DNA of 64,000 nucleotides from a virus: IMG/VR virus record IMGVR_UViG_3300046794_000505, positions 1 through 64,000 of that record; one strand, written 5' to 3'. How positions within the stretch are numbered: position 1 is the first letter of the stretch; each line of letters begins with the position of its first letter. Positions 25,515-37,081 of the stretch are shown here, in pieces. The notes below the pieces were generated by a model, which made no database searches, had not been told where the DNA came from, and saw only the letters and a program-made list of their open reading frames with translations. The position numbers and the translations under genes were made by a program.

Positions 25515-27572
25515 CTACACCTCTCCGTCGTCGTACTCCCGCACCGCGAACATGTCGCACCCTGGATCCTTCTTCTGAACGATGAAGTTTCTCAGGGTGC
25601 AGCGGCCTGTGTCTGGATCGAACGCCGAACACCGTCCACACACACCCTGCGGTAGCGGATCGACCATCGCCACCACATGCGCTGGCAAGCCTGGCATTGC
25701 TTCCACGATTGCCTCCTGACCTGGGGTCTGGGTTTTCTCTTGGGGTAGGATGAACGTTGAGGTTCCGTGCGCACGCGACCAAGCCACATCGCACAGCTGG
25801 TTGGCATAGCTGAAGTGGGGGTCAATGCCGACCTTCTGCACCTTGCGCTTGTACTGGTTGGTCTCTTCGTCCTTTTCGGCGACCAGCGCCGTCTTGGTGA
25901 AGTGATGGAACGCGCGACGCGCAGGTGACGCCGTGATGATGCCTTCCTTGTCGCGGATGTCGTCCTGCACGATCTGGTCAGGATCCGGCCATAGGCAGGT
26001 TGGCGGATCCGAGGTGAATCGCGCCAGGGAGATCTGCATGGTGCGGAACTGATCGGCCTTCACCGTCCAGCGGCTGCGCATTTCGTCATCGGTGCGACGA
26101 TCAGAGGCGTCCACCTTGCCGCGGTCGTGCCATTCGATCAACTCGCCATTTGTCAGAGCTCCGAAGCCGTCACAGATGAACACGCGGCCAGGGTGACGCT
26201 TGGCGAAGGCGTGGGCCTCGTTGAAGTTCGGGTTGCCCTCCACCACGCAGCAGGCGACCCCATAATGGTTCATCAGCTCCGAGCAGCGACCGAACGGATC
26301 CTCACTGTAGATTTCCTCGATATGGACCACCGCCTGGCTGCCATCCTCCAGGCGCTTCTTGATGATCATGGCGTTGAACTGACCCATCTGGTCAATCCCG
26401 GCGAATGTGCCCTTCCCTCCCTTCTCCCACTTCAGCCCACGCTCAACCCCGTAGCGAACGCAGCGGTTCATATGCTCGAGCGTCACCGGGATCTGATCCG
26501 GGTTCAGGTACGGCTTCCCCAGCACCCGGTTGTAGAAGTTCTTCTTGTCGGTCGAGATCTGCCACTTGTACATGATCTCGCCCGGAGTGATCGTCGGCGA
26601 GAGCATCTGCGGGAAGTGGGCCGACAGGATCAGGGCCTTGCTCGGATCGCCGGCGATCCACTCACCGTCTTGCGGATCATCGATCCAGTGACCGGATTCG
26701 CAGACGTAACGGTACAGGCCGGGGATGCCTGTCAGGGAATCCACTGCATAAGGATCCCACTGGATGCACGCCGGGAAATAGTCGTCGAGCGGTTTCATGG
26801 CATCGCAGGTCGGACATCGCGTATGGAACGCGTGCCGGCTGCCCAGCAGGTACATCGCGTGGATGTCCGATTCTGGCCAGTTGGCTGTCGAGCCCATCAG
26901 CACATAACGGTACTGTGAGGCCGACACCCGCTCCATGGTTTTCTCGATCTGGGCCGAGGTCATCTCCTGGACCTCGTCGAAGTTCAAAAAGTCCATCGGG
27001 ACGGATTCTGTTGTGGCGCGGCCGGACGTCCAGGCGAACAGGTACAGCGCATCGCCGATCTGACGGACCGAGACGTTGCCCTCGCCGCTCTTGCGCCCGT
27101 TGCCGTCCATGGCCTCCATGGTCATGCGTTTGTGCGCCTCGGGCACAGTGCGCACGATCGGCATGAAACGGACGCTGGATTTGATCTGCGCCAAGCGCTG
27201 GTCGGGCAGGAACATCCCAATGGTGCACGGCTGGAATTTCAGACCGAGGTAGATCGAGGCGAGGATTTCCATGATGGTGAACCCCACCTGGGCACACTTC
27301 ATCAGTACCAGCTGGCGCCGGTAGCACTCTTTCATGGTCGAGGGGATTTGATCATATAGCCAGGCCATCGCTGGGCGGTCATGGAGCGTGAACGGTTTCC
27401 CGTCGACCTTCAGGCCTTTGCGCCCAAGATCCTCGCACCACTCACGGAACGTGACATCGTCCTCGACAGCCTTGTCCTCAAGCTTGAACCCAGTCTTCTG
27501 CTCGAGCCGGGCCAGCATGTCGGTGAGCCCACCGCGATAATCGATTTTCCCCGTTCCGCTGCCGTATGCCAC
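25515..27572 (-). CDS. Terminase large subunit (GpA-type)
   Basis: MKCAQVGFT (Walker A-like), NFDEVQE (Walker B), CPTC, FYNRVLGKPY, nuclease AGIDQMG. Confidence 0.9.
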   Translation of the reverse strand: MAYGSGTGKIDYRGGLTDMLARLEQKTGFKLEDKAVEDDVTFREWCEDLGRKGLKVDGKPFTLHDRPAMAWLYDQIPSTMKECYRRQLVLMKCAQVGFTIMEILASIYLGLKFQPCTIGMFLPDQRLAQIKSSVRFMPIVRTVPEAHKRMTMEAMDGNGRKSGEGNVSVRQIGDALYLFAWTSGRATTESVPMDFLNFDEVQEMTSAQIEKTMERVSASQYRYVLMGSTANWPESDIHAMYLLGSRHAFHTRCPTCDAMKPLDDYFPACIQWDPYAVDSLTGIPGLYRYVCESGHWIDDPQDGEWIAGDPSKALILSAHFPQMLSPTITPGEIMYKWQISTDKKNFYNRVLGKPYLNPDQIPVTLEHMNRCVRYGVERGLKWEKGGKGTFAGIDQMGQFNAMIIKKRLEDGSQAVVHIEEIYSEDPFGRCSELMNHYGVACCVVEGNPNFNEAHAFAKRHPGRVFICDGFGALTNGELIEWHDRGKVDASDRRTDDEMRSRWTVKADQFRTMQISLARFTSDPPTCLWPDPDQIVQDDIRDKEGIITASPARRAFHHFTKTALVAEKDEETNQYKRKVQKVGIDPHFSYANQLCDVAWSRAHGTSTFILPQEKTQTPGQEAIVEAMPGLPAHVVAMVDPLPQGVCGRCSAFDPDTGRCTLRNFIVQKKDPGCDMFAVREYDDGEV

Positions 27573-27606
27573 TAGATCCGCCTTCCGTGAAGTTTCGCCG
27601 ATTGTA

Positions 27607-27819
27607 TCAGTGAACCACCTCAGCCACGAACCAGTCGATGCGGATGTTTTCAGGTTTCAGAGGGCGGCCGCAGGATGAGCAGACATCGCACTGCGAATAC
27701 TGCCCGTGGATGTCGTAGGCCTTGTCGAAGTAGATGTGCTTTTCGAGGCTGAGGTCATCACCGTAATGAAACGCCACCCGGCCGCATCCGGCCATGTCCA
27801 GCAGTGAATAGAGGGCCAT
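27607..27819 (-). CDS. Small Zn-ribbon protein, similar to 30240-30458
   Basis: GCG...CSSCG. Confidence 0.5.
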   Translation of the reverse strand: MALYSLLDMAGCGRVAFHYGDDLSLEKHIYFDKAYDIHGQYSQCDVCSSCGRPLKPENIRIDWFVAEVVH

Positions 27820-27858
27820 GGCCGTTCTCCGGTGATGCGCCTGATTTGGCGCAGGTGT

Positions 27859-28173
27859 TTATTCGCCGTTGTGCAGGCGACTTTTCAGCTCGTAGCCCAT
27901 CAGCGGCCATAACTCTTGGGTAGCATTTTCGATGGCAATCTTCTCGCCAATCTCGGCATTGTCGTTCGCCGAGGACGCGCTGGCGGATGGTCGTCCGGTG
28001 ACAGCAAAGCCGTTCTGCGTAGTCAGCACTGCCCAGCGCAATACCTGCCCAGACGGGGACACGTGCTTGACGATTTCGATGTGAGCAATGTTCGCCTTCA
28101 GAGTTTCCAGGGTGATACGTGGCGCCGTAAGACCCTTGGCTTGGATTTCGTTTTCGATTTCTTTGTCGCTCAT
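27859..28173 (-). CDS. Phage Gp49/66-family protein (candidate nucleotide-signal sponge)
   Basis: EIQAKGLTAPRIT...VLTTQNGFAVTG..SASSANDNAEIGEKIA..NA...LWPLMGYELK. Confidence 0.75.
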   Translation of the reverse strand: MSDKEIENEIQAKGLTAPRITLETLKANIAHIEIVKHVSPSGQVLRWAVLTTQNGFAVTGRPSASASSANDNAEIGEKIAIENATQELWPLMGYELKSRLHNGE

Positions 28174-28213
28174 GAGAACATTCTCGAATAGGTCGCCATC
28201 CGTGGCGATGGGG

Positions 28214-28978
28214 TCAAGGGTATTGAGGTGTTGGCACTTCTGCGGGGACTTCGGGTGCGACGGCTTCGGTTACCGGCGGTGCTGGTTGATCAGTTGGCGC
28301 AACGGTATCGACAGGCGCCGGTGCTGGCACTTCCGGTTCCGGTGCCGGACTCACATCAGCCGGCAACGACAGGGCTTCAACAACTGTCCATGGAGCAGCC
28401 ATTTCTGGAACCAGGACTGGCGCCGGCTCAGTTGGCGATACAGCTTCCGCCAGAACCGGTGCAGGGGCCGGCTCATCAGTAGGCGATGTACCGTCGAGAG
28501 CCGCTGGTACAGTTTCGGCTACGGTCGGTACACCGATAACCGCCGAAGCAACCGGTTCTGGAACAGCCTCCGGAACCTCGACGGCAGCCGCAGGAACTTG
28601 AACGCCACCGACCGGGGCATCAGCAGGATTCTGGGCGGCTGTCGGAATAGGCGAATGCGGCACCCAGTTTTCGGCGAAGGCCGTGCGCACATGGTCGATT
28701 ACTTCTGCCGCCAACAAATTGCCCATGCCGCTGTACGCCAGGAAGTGCTGAAAATCTTCTTCCATGGTATGGAACAGCGTGGCCGGCGCAGGGTCTGCAG
28801 CCTTGACTGGATCCGCCAGCAATCCGGTAGCTACTTCGGTCAGGCGGCAGATCAAGCCTTCGATCGATTTATGGGCGGCGGATGCCCACGCGATGCCCTC
28901 AAGCGAACTGGCAAGATTTGAAAGTGCATGAACCGTCTGCATTGCTTTGTCATGTTGTGACATCTGGTATTTCCTCAA
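28214..28978 (-). CDS. Hypothetical protein with Pro/Ala/Glu-rich disordered tail
   Basis: EEDFQHFLAYSG core followed by low-complexity PAPV repeats. Confidence 0.6.
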   Translation of the reverse strand: MRKYQMSQHDKAMQTVHALSNLASSLEGIAWASAAHKSIEGLICRLTEVATGLLADPVKAADPAPATLFHTMEEDFQHFLAYSGMGNLLAAEVIDHVRTAFAENWVPHSPIPTAAQNPADAPVGGVQVPAAAVEVPEAVPEPVASAVIGVPTVAETVPAALDGTSPTDEPAPAPVLAEAVSPTEPAPVLVPEMAAPWTVVEALSLPADVSPAPEPEVPAPAPVDTVAPTDQPAPPVTEAVAPEVPAEVPTPQYP

Positions 28979-29008
28979 ATGAGTTACGCCGTCCTTGGCG
29001 CGGAATGG

Positions 29009-29836
29009 TCAGATCTGGAGGCGATGCAGGGCATTCGAAAGGCGCCCAATGTTATGGCCGTTTCTATCCAGCAGTTCGCTGAGGGAGATAGCCAATGGTG
29101 ACGATGGACCACAAGCTTTCAATCCTGCCGCTTCCCCGGCTGCTGGAGACTCGGGAGCAAGAACAGTTGCCAGTCGGTCGAGAATAGCTTGCACCCGATC
29201 GCTCAAATCATCTGCCTGGCGCTCAAGACGAGCCAAATAGTCTGGGACTTCCGCAGCCTTCTGATCAGCATCATGTGATGCGGCCTTCAAATTTCCACTC
29301 ATCAGTATTACCCCTGTTATATGCGCGAGAGTGCGCGGTGCTGCGTGTATTTACCAGAGATCTTCGGAGAAGAGCTCGCGTGGATGCGATGGCTGGATAT
29401 CACGCTCCACAGCAAGTTCTCGCGCTTCGGCCCGATTCAGGAACCGGCCATTCTTGGTCAGGAAACCATGTACCGCACCCGCCTTGAACCCGGATTCATT
29501 GGACTCCCATTTCGCAGAAATCACGTTATGGTGTCGACATGGCTTTGCGCACCAATGGATGATTCCACCTTCGAGGATGGCGGCCGCCATGATCTCGTCA
29601 GCGCCCTCGTTTCGTTTCGCGTTTCGTCTCTCGACCCCGTCCCAGTGCTTCATGGTCTGAAGGACTGGACCTTGGGTATAAGCAGGTGTCGGAGCGTTGG
29701 CAAGTGCAGCATTCAAAGCGGTCATGGCGTGTTCCTTCAGCGACCGAAACGGTGGACGTAGACGTAAGCGAACCAGGCAGATGCGAGCAGCATATTGACG
29801 ACCTCGAAGGGTGTTGCGCCAGTGAGGTCTGATCAT
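29009..29836 (-). other. Two hypothetical ORFs (29009-29302; 29351-about 29725)
   Basis: The second has the common phage motif RHH...GFLT..GRFLNRxEA...LFSEDLW. Confidence 0.6.
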
Positions 29837-30240
29837 TGAGTCACGAGTGAGGTGGGGATCAACATCTCGCCATCTGAGTCCATAGACATCTTGGCGAGGA
29901 CGATGCAGCGGGAGGCGGCGACCATGTGGTCTTGGCCGTCCATTGGGTAGTAGCGGCCGGGGATGCCTGGCTTGGCCACAACAGGTCCTGACTTACCAGC
30001 CGCATCCTTGGTGCCCAGTGTTGCGAAGTTCATTCGCCATTTCAGAATAAGCGGGCCGATATGATTCCAATCGGAAGAGGGGGAGAATCGGCGAAGATCG
30101 CCGATGCCGGTCCCTATCAGGATCATGTCCGTCTGGCAGGCTTCGGCGGTAAGAGGAAGCTCCAGCGCTCTTGCCACAGCCCAGTCGAGCGCTATGCCCG
30201 TGAGCCGTGATATTTTTACAGCGACCATTTCAGCCGACAT
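29833..30240 (-). CDS. NinX/DUF2591-family protein (second copy)
   Basis: LTGIALDWAVA...FSPSSDWNHIGPLI...AASRCIVLAK. Confidence 0.75.
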   Translation of the reverse strand: MSAEMVAVKISRLTGIALDWAVARALELPLTAEACQTDMILIGTGIGDLRRFSPSSDWNHIGPLILKWRMNFATLGTKDAAGKSGPVVAKPGIPGRYYPMDGQDHMVAASRCIVLAKMSMDSDGEMLIPTSLVTQ

Positions 30241-33200
30241 CAGTTTCCCTCCACATCCTCGGTGAAAAATTCAGGGGATAGATCATTCAGACCCAACCCA
30301 TTGCCACAGGTCTCGCAGACAATCGGGTCGTAATCCGAGACCTGCGATCCATCCAAGTGGCGGCATGGTTCTGCAATGACGGGATCTGTCAGTTGCGGCT
30401 GACTCGTTCGTTTGAAACAAGGTCCACCGCATCCGTTTACGTGCATCAGCGTCCACATTATGCCTTGCTCCACTCGTCTGCGGTTGCGCGCGCCCAGCAT
30501 TCGGCCGTCACGATAATGAAGTTCCTGGTTCCGGTCATGACCTTGTGCATCTCGCCGTCAAACTCGATATAGGTGTCGTTTTTACGGTGCTCGGGATGCC
30601 GATCAATCGTATCCAGCAACTTGCCAGGCTTGCCGTCGGCGCGGCGTTCGTGAATGTCGTATTGGCTCATGTTTTGCTCCTTTTTTCCGCAGGTAACCAC
30701 GTTGAAGCCATGTCGGTCGGTCCATGGTCAGTTGGACTCGACGACTGAGAATCAGCACAAACCGGCCTCTGCCCCGGATACGGAACCGGTGCCTTGGCGA
30801 ACAGTTCGCCGAACGCATTGAAGTCTTCGCAGCGGGCATCGCGCCAGATTGTTTCGCCCTCGTCGCGATACCTAAAATCTAACACTTCGGCCTGCAACAC
30901 GAGCTGCCCGAACCAGCCGACGCGGTAGCGGGTGCGTCCGGTTAGATTGCTCATTGCCATTTCTCCAATCGTTCAGCCCAATCTGGCAGGTCAACAGTCT
31001 GACCGGCCAAGGCGTGAGTGCAGTCGCTCAGGAACTGGATGCGGCCGTCAGTGACGAACGAATGACAGATGGTTGGCGGATCACCCGGCTCATCGATAAA
31101 CGTCGGATCGACAGCGGAACCGTGTTTGACCAGAACGCTAGGAGTGAAACTCGGCGCGTCGACATTATTGTTCCAACCCCAACGCGGGCCAACTCCGGCA
31201 CCGATCATGACGGTATGAGGCAAGTTGCACCCAGGACAAAAGAAAGTGATGTGCCCGTCATGGGCTGACGCCAGAACACGGGATACGGCTACGAAGGCAC
31301 TCACCAAACCACCTCCACGCCATCAGGCAGATGATGAGGTTGCGGGATCAATCGCGACCGGTTCAGATAATCCAGAATCTGACGCATCGTATCGCGCTTG
31401 ATACCTGGAAACCTGGCCAAGATGTCATCAAGTGACCAGTCGGCGAAATCCTGAAGTGCCCTGGCCTCGAGGACCTGCTCATCGGTCATGATGGGAGCAC
31501 CTCCTTTCCCGGTCATGGTGTGTCGTGCGCTTTGTTTCATTTCGCCACCTGCTCATGCCGTATCGCGCACGAACCACCACGCGCCTCATCGTTCAGCTGC
31601 ATGACGCCGAGGAGCAGCATCCCCGCGATTAAAATCGTCCACCAGTTCATCAGCGTTGCTCCTTGTTGTTTTTGTGAAAGCAGATGTCGAGGCCGAGCAG
31701 GAAGACGCCCAAGCCGACGGTGATCCCGAGGCCGACATGCATGAGGCCGAATGCGAGGCCGGCGCCAACGGCGGGGATAACGGCGAACAGTAGGCCGGCG
31801 AAAAAGTCGTTCATGGCTAATCCTCGGCGTACAAATTATGCAGTAACTGCCCAACTACTCCTGCCAGCTTGTAAAGCTCGTGGTTATTGCTCCAGCACGA
31901 ATGAACACCATCACCTTCCTCCGTGTATGCCACCGCTACAGATCTGAGCTCACCACTTTTAGCTTTGGCCAGCAGCTCTTCAAGCAAATCGATTGAGTTC
32001 TGAACTGGTTCGCATTGATGATCTGGTGCGCCTGGAAATTTTTGTATATTCGTCATTGTTCACCCTCGCTGCGCAACCGTCGAGCATGCGCGATCAGATG
32101 TTCTCTGATCTGTTTTTTGGTCAGGCCTTGGGGGAGTAAATAGCGCTCGCCAGCCAGAGCCTTTTCCATGCGCTCCATGTCGAAGTTGATGGTTGGCTCG
32201 TGGTGCACCTGATCGGCATCACCCACCATCGCATCACGCCCGCGGGCGCTGATGGCCTGGGATTTCTCGCAGCTGATGTTCATGATGGCGTCCACCATGG
32301 GAGGCGCTGACACGACTCGTTGGTTTTCCTGGCCGAGGGCCATAGCATCCATTTTTGGACACGGAAGTCCTGACATTCCTGGATGGTGACCGCCGCATGC
32401 CAGGCAGCGGTTGCTGATATTGGCGTGCAACTTGAGAGCAGGCGACCTGCTATCGATCAACGCATCAGCTGCACACTCGCAAGCGTCGATATCTGACGAT
32501 TGATCGCGGATTGAGGCCAAGGCTTGGCGCAGGGCTGCGATTTCTGATTTCTGCTCAGCGATGAGCGCTGAGGCCGCACCGGCCAACTCTGCCGCAGAAT
32601 TCCTGGCATCGCGATGACCTAACTTATAGGCCTCCACTTTATTCGCCAACAGGTCATATTCAAGTCCAGCCGGGACTGGAATGCGCATGATCAGGCTTGA
32701 TAGTGATAGAGCGCTCATGACTTCACCTCACCCTTGGCGGGCACGCTATTGGCCATTTTCTGCCGTTTCTCTTCACGCAGCTGCAGATAGATCCAGAGAT
32801 AGGCCAAAGCCATCCCCAGCCATGCGCAAGCCCATCTCCATTTGATCAGCAAGGCGATCATGACTGCGCCTCCTTGCTGATGGACATATCAATCAGCCAG
32901 TCGATTTCTTCCATGCTTTCGGCTGATGAAAAATCAATCTCATCCTTGGAGTTTCGTAGGAACCGATACCGGCGCGCCTCTGCGGCCAGGACCTCAAGAG
33001 CTCTACTTGCGACTTCGGCCTGTCCGCGGAGTTCTTCGACTTCTGCCTTGAGCTGTTCGGTTTCGCCGAACAACTGGTCGCGCTCGGCGATCAGGGCCAG
33101 GAGTTTGGGAAGTGCATTCACCGCAGCAACGGCCAACCAGGAATCGCGCTTATAGCTGAAGTGTGCCCACGGCTCTTCTTTGGTCCACGGCTTACCGATC

Positions 33201-34571
33201 TGGAAGACTTCAATCGGCTCGCAGATGCCACCCATACTTTGCGCAGTCTCGGCCCAATGGCCTGGCTTGTGTTCGGCCTGCTCGATAGCGCGACTCAGCG
33301 CCTCAGCCAGCCTCTTCAGTTCGCTATGGTCGGTCATTTGCATTGCTCTAGCGCTACTGAAAGGCCATCCATTTTCGATATTACCGCTACGCACAAGATC
33401 GTCATTTTCCTAGAGCTTTCAGCAACAACCCAGATTGACCCAAAGACGAAGACGATCAAAAAAATCGCAAATAGAAAATCTTTAACTGATTTCATCATTC
33501 AGATCCTCGCTGCTAATCATGACTTCTGCTCCTCTCGCCGCACCAGTTCGATCAGGCCGTCAGGTGTTTCGGTGATACGAATCCCCTGCGGGAGAACTCG
33601 CCGCAGCTCGGCCATGGTCGAGACCTTACTCGGCTCCGTCGCCAGATAGTTCTGCAGTTCGGCGCGCAGGGCGGCCTCGCGGCTCAGCGCCCGCCAGTAA
33701 CGCCAGATCAGTAACGCCTGAGACACCAAGAGTGGAACCACATACACCATCTGATCATTGCTCATGCTGTTCCCCATGCTGGCCGACGATATCGCCGAGC
33801 TCAAGTTCGAAAGAGATCTTTTCAAGCGAGGTATCCATCGCTTGGATGATGCTGATCACCGGCATCCCGGCCTCGTTGATTTCTACGCTGCAGTCGTAGC
33901 CATCGCGCTTGAGGGCATCGACCAGGTGGATTGCCATGCGGCGAGTTTCGGCGGAACGGTTTTTCGGCGGCGTGATGGCGGTGACGGTCATGATTTCAGC
34001 GCTCGAAGGAAGGCGAAGACCAGGCGATCAGACTCTTTGGGGTCTAGGCCAAGTCCATGCGAGAACTGCTCGTAGTAGGCCTCAAGGATTGCCGAATGTT
34101 TTTCGTTATAAGCACGGACCGTCAGCAGGAACTGATTTTCCAGATGGTAAGTGAAGCTGCCAAGGATCAGGATCCGCTCAATGCCCGGCCCTAAAGCTGG
34201 AGCACCTCCCTGATATGGCGTGTAGTTCGGGTCTCTCGCCACATCGAATTCATACCCGCCGCGCCGATGGAAACAACTCTCGGCATACACACCCACCTCA
34301 ACGATGGCGATCAGCCTGGACCCGTCCGAAGAACTCAGGAGCGCCTTCATTCGGCATGCCCTCCGCTGATCAGCTGATTACCAACAGACACCTTCAGCAG
34401 ATCCAAAACGGCCAGCACGTCAGAAACTCGCATCCCGATGCTGGTGACATAGATCTTCGCGGCCAGCACCCCGCGCAGCTCATCCATCCGCTCCGTTCGC
34501 TCGATCTGCTTCAGCTCCGCATCTTCGCGGGACATCTTCGCTTGGGTGAAACTCAGGACTTGGCTCATCAC
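30240..34571 (-). other. Run of about 15 small coupled hypothetical ORFs, several with transmembrane segments
   Basis: ORFs at 30458, 30667, 31301, 31537, 31650-31814 (hydrophobic), 31817, 32053, 32858 (Ead-like DHSELKRLAEA), 33517, 33755, 33988, 34347. Confidence 0.6.
30951..31307 (-). CDS. Cys/His-rich phage protein (DUF6527-like)
   Basis: FCPGC...WGWN...PSFTPSVL...CHSFVTDGRIQFLSDCTH. Confidence 0.65.
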   Translation of the reverse strand: MVSAFVAVSRVLASAHDGHITFFCPGCNLPHTVMIGAGVGPRWGWNNNVDAPSFTPSVLVKHGSAVDPTFIDEPGDPPTICHSFVTDGRIQFLSDCTHALAGQTVDLPDWAERLEKWQ

Positions 34572-35167
34572 AACCTCGCTTCAAAGGTCATACCGATTTC
34601 GGAGTTGAGTTTTTTCAGGCGTTCCATGATACGCATGGCAACTTCGGGTGATTCTTGAGAAATTTCGGCCAGGACCGAATCGTAAAAGCTTTGCATTCGC
34701 CTCAAATCCCATACTTCCTGCATCGCCTTCAGCGCCGTCTCCAGCAATTTCTGCCGTAGCGAAACCGACTGCGTTAGATATTTCGGCAGCTTGATGCGAC
34801 CCGTCTTGGTATCCATTGAGAATTGTCTCAGTGTCTCAGCGTCAGCGTACAAATCCTCAAGCCGCTGCATGAAATCCATGTTGCCTGAAGCGCGCGGCCG
34901 GCCGACATAATCCGGTGACGGTGCAGCCGGCAAATGCTCGCCAATCTCAAGCGCTATCGCGGCTGACTCGGTCAAGCGCTGGGTTTTTTGGTCGACGTGG
35001 CCAACCAATTCCTTGCAGGAGTGGATCCAGCGATACCAGGACGCAATGGGAACTCCGTGATATTTTTCTCGGAGTTTCTTGAGACCTTTCTCATTTCCTT
35101 CGGCTAAAAGCTTGGCAATCTCAGTAAACGCCTGTAGTCGAAGCTGCTCTCTGTTCGTAACGGCCAT
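34568..35167 (-). CDS. Helical DNA-binding protein, possible terminase small subunit
   Basis: N-terminal HTH-like segment (VPIASWYRWI) and coiled-coil C-terminus; no decisive motif. Confidence 0.35.
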   Translation of the reverse strand: MAVTNREQLRLQAFTEIAKLLAEGNEKGLKKLREKYHGVPIASWYRWIHSCKELVGHVDQKTQRLTESAAIALEIGEHLPAAPSPDYVGRPRASGNMDFMQRLEDLYADAETLRQFSMDTKTGRIKLPKYLTQSVSLRQKLLETALKAMQEVWDLRRMQSFYDSVLAEISQESPEVAMRIMERLKKLNSEIGMTFEARL

Positions 35168-35212
35168 TTATCGCATTCCGGCAGTTGAAATTTACATTAC
35201 CAGATACAACTA

Positions 35213-35746
35213 TCACTCATCAAGAGTGTTATGTCCAGTAGCTGCATCGACAAAAGCCTGGATATCTGACCGATAAGCGCCGTACCTATGCACGGTGGCG
35301 ATAAATTCCTCAACGTCGTGCCCACGGAGTGCCCAGCGCGCTTTGCCCGTTTCCTCGTCCTGCATCGGTTCGCCGTCGGCGTTGAACTTGAGCTGCATGT
35401 GACAGGTTTCGTGATAAATGAGAATTTCTTTCATTAACGGCGTGTAGCTCTCCCACAGCTCGTTGTCGAGCGTCACCAGAAAGTCCGGCACCCTCCCGAA
35501 CATCTCCTCGAGCATCCACACGAAGAAGTTCTTCAGCATCCCTTGGACCTTCGGCAGGTGACATTGCCCCTCGACCATCCGTCCACCCATCACCAGCGAA
35601 TCGGTGCGCATCAGGAACTCGACGTCGACCTCCCAGGTCTTCAGGAATTCAAGCTCCTCACACGAGTTGATCAACCGCTTGAAAATCGCGGCTGGCTGGT
35701 CATCGCCAGGCTCTGGACGCTTGTACATGCCAATGGACTCGCTCAA
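35213..35746 (-). CDS. Putative phage metallopeptidase
   Basis: LIYHETCH (HExxH) and LRGHDVEEF. Confidence 0.8.
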   Translation of the reverse strand: MSESIGMYKRPEPGDDQPAAIFKRLINSCEELEFLKTWEVDVEFLMRTDSLVMGGRMVEGQCHLPKVQGMLKNFFVWMLEEMFGRVPDFLVTLDNELWESYTPLMKEILIYHETCHMQLKFNADGEPMQDEETGKARWALRGHDVEEFIATVHRYGAYRSDIQAFVDAATGHNTLDE

Positions 35747-35994
35747 TTTTGTTCCACCACGATGGTTCCGGGGAAGCTGGCGTCACGTTTGGAATTCACC
35801 ACACAGCGAAGCCTGGCATCCCTTCCTGACTTCATCGTCGCTCCGCAGGCGCACAGATACCGATAACCGTCCTGCGCGTCTCCTGCGCTCTCTGGCGAGC
35901 TTTGACCGCAGTTAGAGCACTCGTACCGTTTCCCGTCGAACAGGATCCGTCCCAAGCAGTTTCGGCAGCAGTGGTCAGTCAGCTGGTAGGTCAT
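35743..35994 (-). CDS. Cys-rich zinc-finger protein
   Basis: CCRNC...CSNCG...CACG. Confidence 0.6.
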   Translation of the reverse strand: MTYQLTDHCCRNCLGRILFDGKRYECSNCGQSSPESAGDAQDGYRYLCACGATMKSGRDARLRCVVNSKRDASFPGTIVVEQN

Positions 35995-35995
35995 G

Positions 35996-36556
35996 TCAGA
36001 ACAGGCTCAGTTGGATGGCTGAAGGGCGAACACGGCCACGAAACCCGACGATGGCTCGGTCCTTGGATCGTTTGGCAGCGGCCAGGATGACTTCGAGCAT
36101 CCCGGTGGCGATGAATTGCTGGAGTTTGGCGCGGCGTTTGCCGTCTCGAACGAGGGCCTGCATGGGGTACACGACGGCGCAGTGGATGGGCTTGGTGCCT
36201 TTGGCGTTTCGGCCCTTGAGGACTTCGTATTCCCGATTTTTGCAGCTGATGCAAACGCTGGCACCGATCAGCCGTCGCCCCGTATTCCCGCATCGGACGC
36301 ACTCGGTCGATTCCTGAAACTTGGTCCTTGGCACGAAGTCATCGATCCCGGCGTGCATGGCACCGGTGGGGCAGTTGCGGCAGTAGTGGCGGGTATCCCG
36401 TTCCTCGTCCTGCCGAGCGTACCGGGCGACGGTGAACTGACTGGCACAGGCGGTCGCAGAGAGGGTGGCATTGCCCGGCATTCGTGGACAGACGAAGTAC
36501 TTCCCTGGTGCCCCGGGGATTTCGATGTACTCGATCGGCTCGCTGGTCTGGGTCAT
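35996..36556 (-). CDS. Cys-rich zinc-finger protein
   Basis: CRNCP, CVRCG, CISC. Confidence 0.65.
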   Translation of the reverse strand: MTQTSEPIEYIEIPGAPGKYFVCPRMPGNATLSATACASQFTVARYARQDEERDTRHYCRNCPTGAMHAGIDDFVPRTKFQESTECVRCGNTGRRLIGASVCISCKNREYEVLKGRNAKGTKPIHCAVVYPMQALVRDGKRRAKLQQFIATGMLEVILAAAKRSKDRAIVGFRGRVRPSAIQLSLF

Positions 36557-36599
36557 GAGGTCTTGTCGTGATTGGATCCGCTGGCGTCGAGTGTAAAGG

Positions 36600-37075
36600 T
36601 TTTGAGCCTAAAAACTAGGGGTTTGCGGGTTAAGGCGTCAAAAATTGGTCCTTGAACGTCAAAAAAAACCGTTATCGCCTCGTTATGCCAAAGTGTTAGC
36701 TATGAAACCCAATGGAATCAGGGCTTTATATAATAATAATAACATTTTTAACTTTATAATAATAATATAGACCATATAGGATTATTCCTCATATGGTGTA
36801 GTGTAGTGTAGGTATACCCATACACACACTACACTACAGTGTATTTTTATATAAAGGGGTCTATCTATCCTTACGCCTGCAATGCGTCTATATCGTTATG
36901 TTCCTATGTAAATCAACAACTTACCAGAAAACATGGGAAAATCACCAAATTCCAAAGCGACCTAAACCCCAATAAATGCTGAGCCTGGAACCCTTCAAGA
37001 TACACACAGTGCTTCCATTGGCTGAGATTTATAGATTTTTAATTATCTGGTTTACTGAGTTTATTTTTTGTGATT
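36600..37075. other. AT-rich intergenic region with inverted and direct repeats (candidate origin or packaging site)
   Basis: (ATA)n tracts, inverted repeat tgtagtgtagtgt/acactacactaca, hairpin accatatagga..tcctcatatggt; sits between divergent units. Confidence 0.5.
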
Positions 37076-37081
37076 TGATGA

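Noticed and set aside
28214-28700. PAPV/PEPV repeats as a DNA repeat array
   Set aside because: Low-complexity protein linker without DNA-level periodicity.
36720-36845. Short repeats as a CRISPR array or protelomerase site
   Set aside because: No repeat-spacer periodicity; the inverted repeat is short with an asymmetric centre and no telomere resolvase is in the window.
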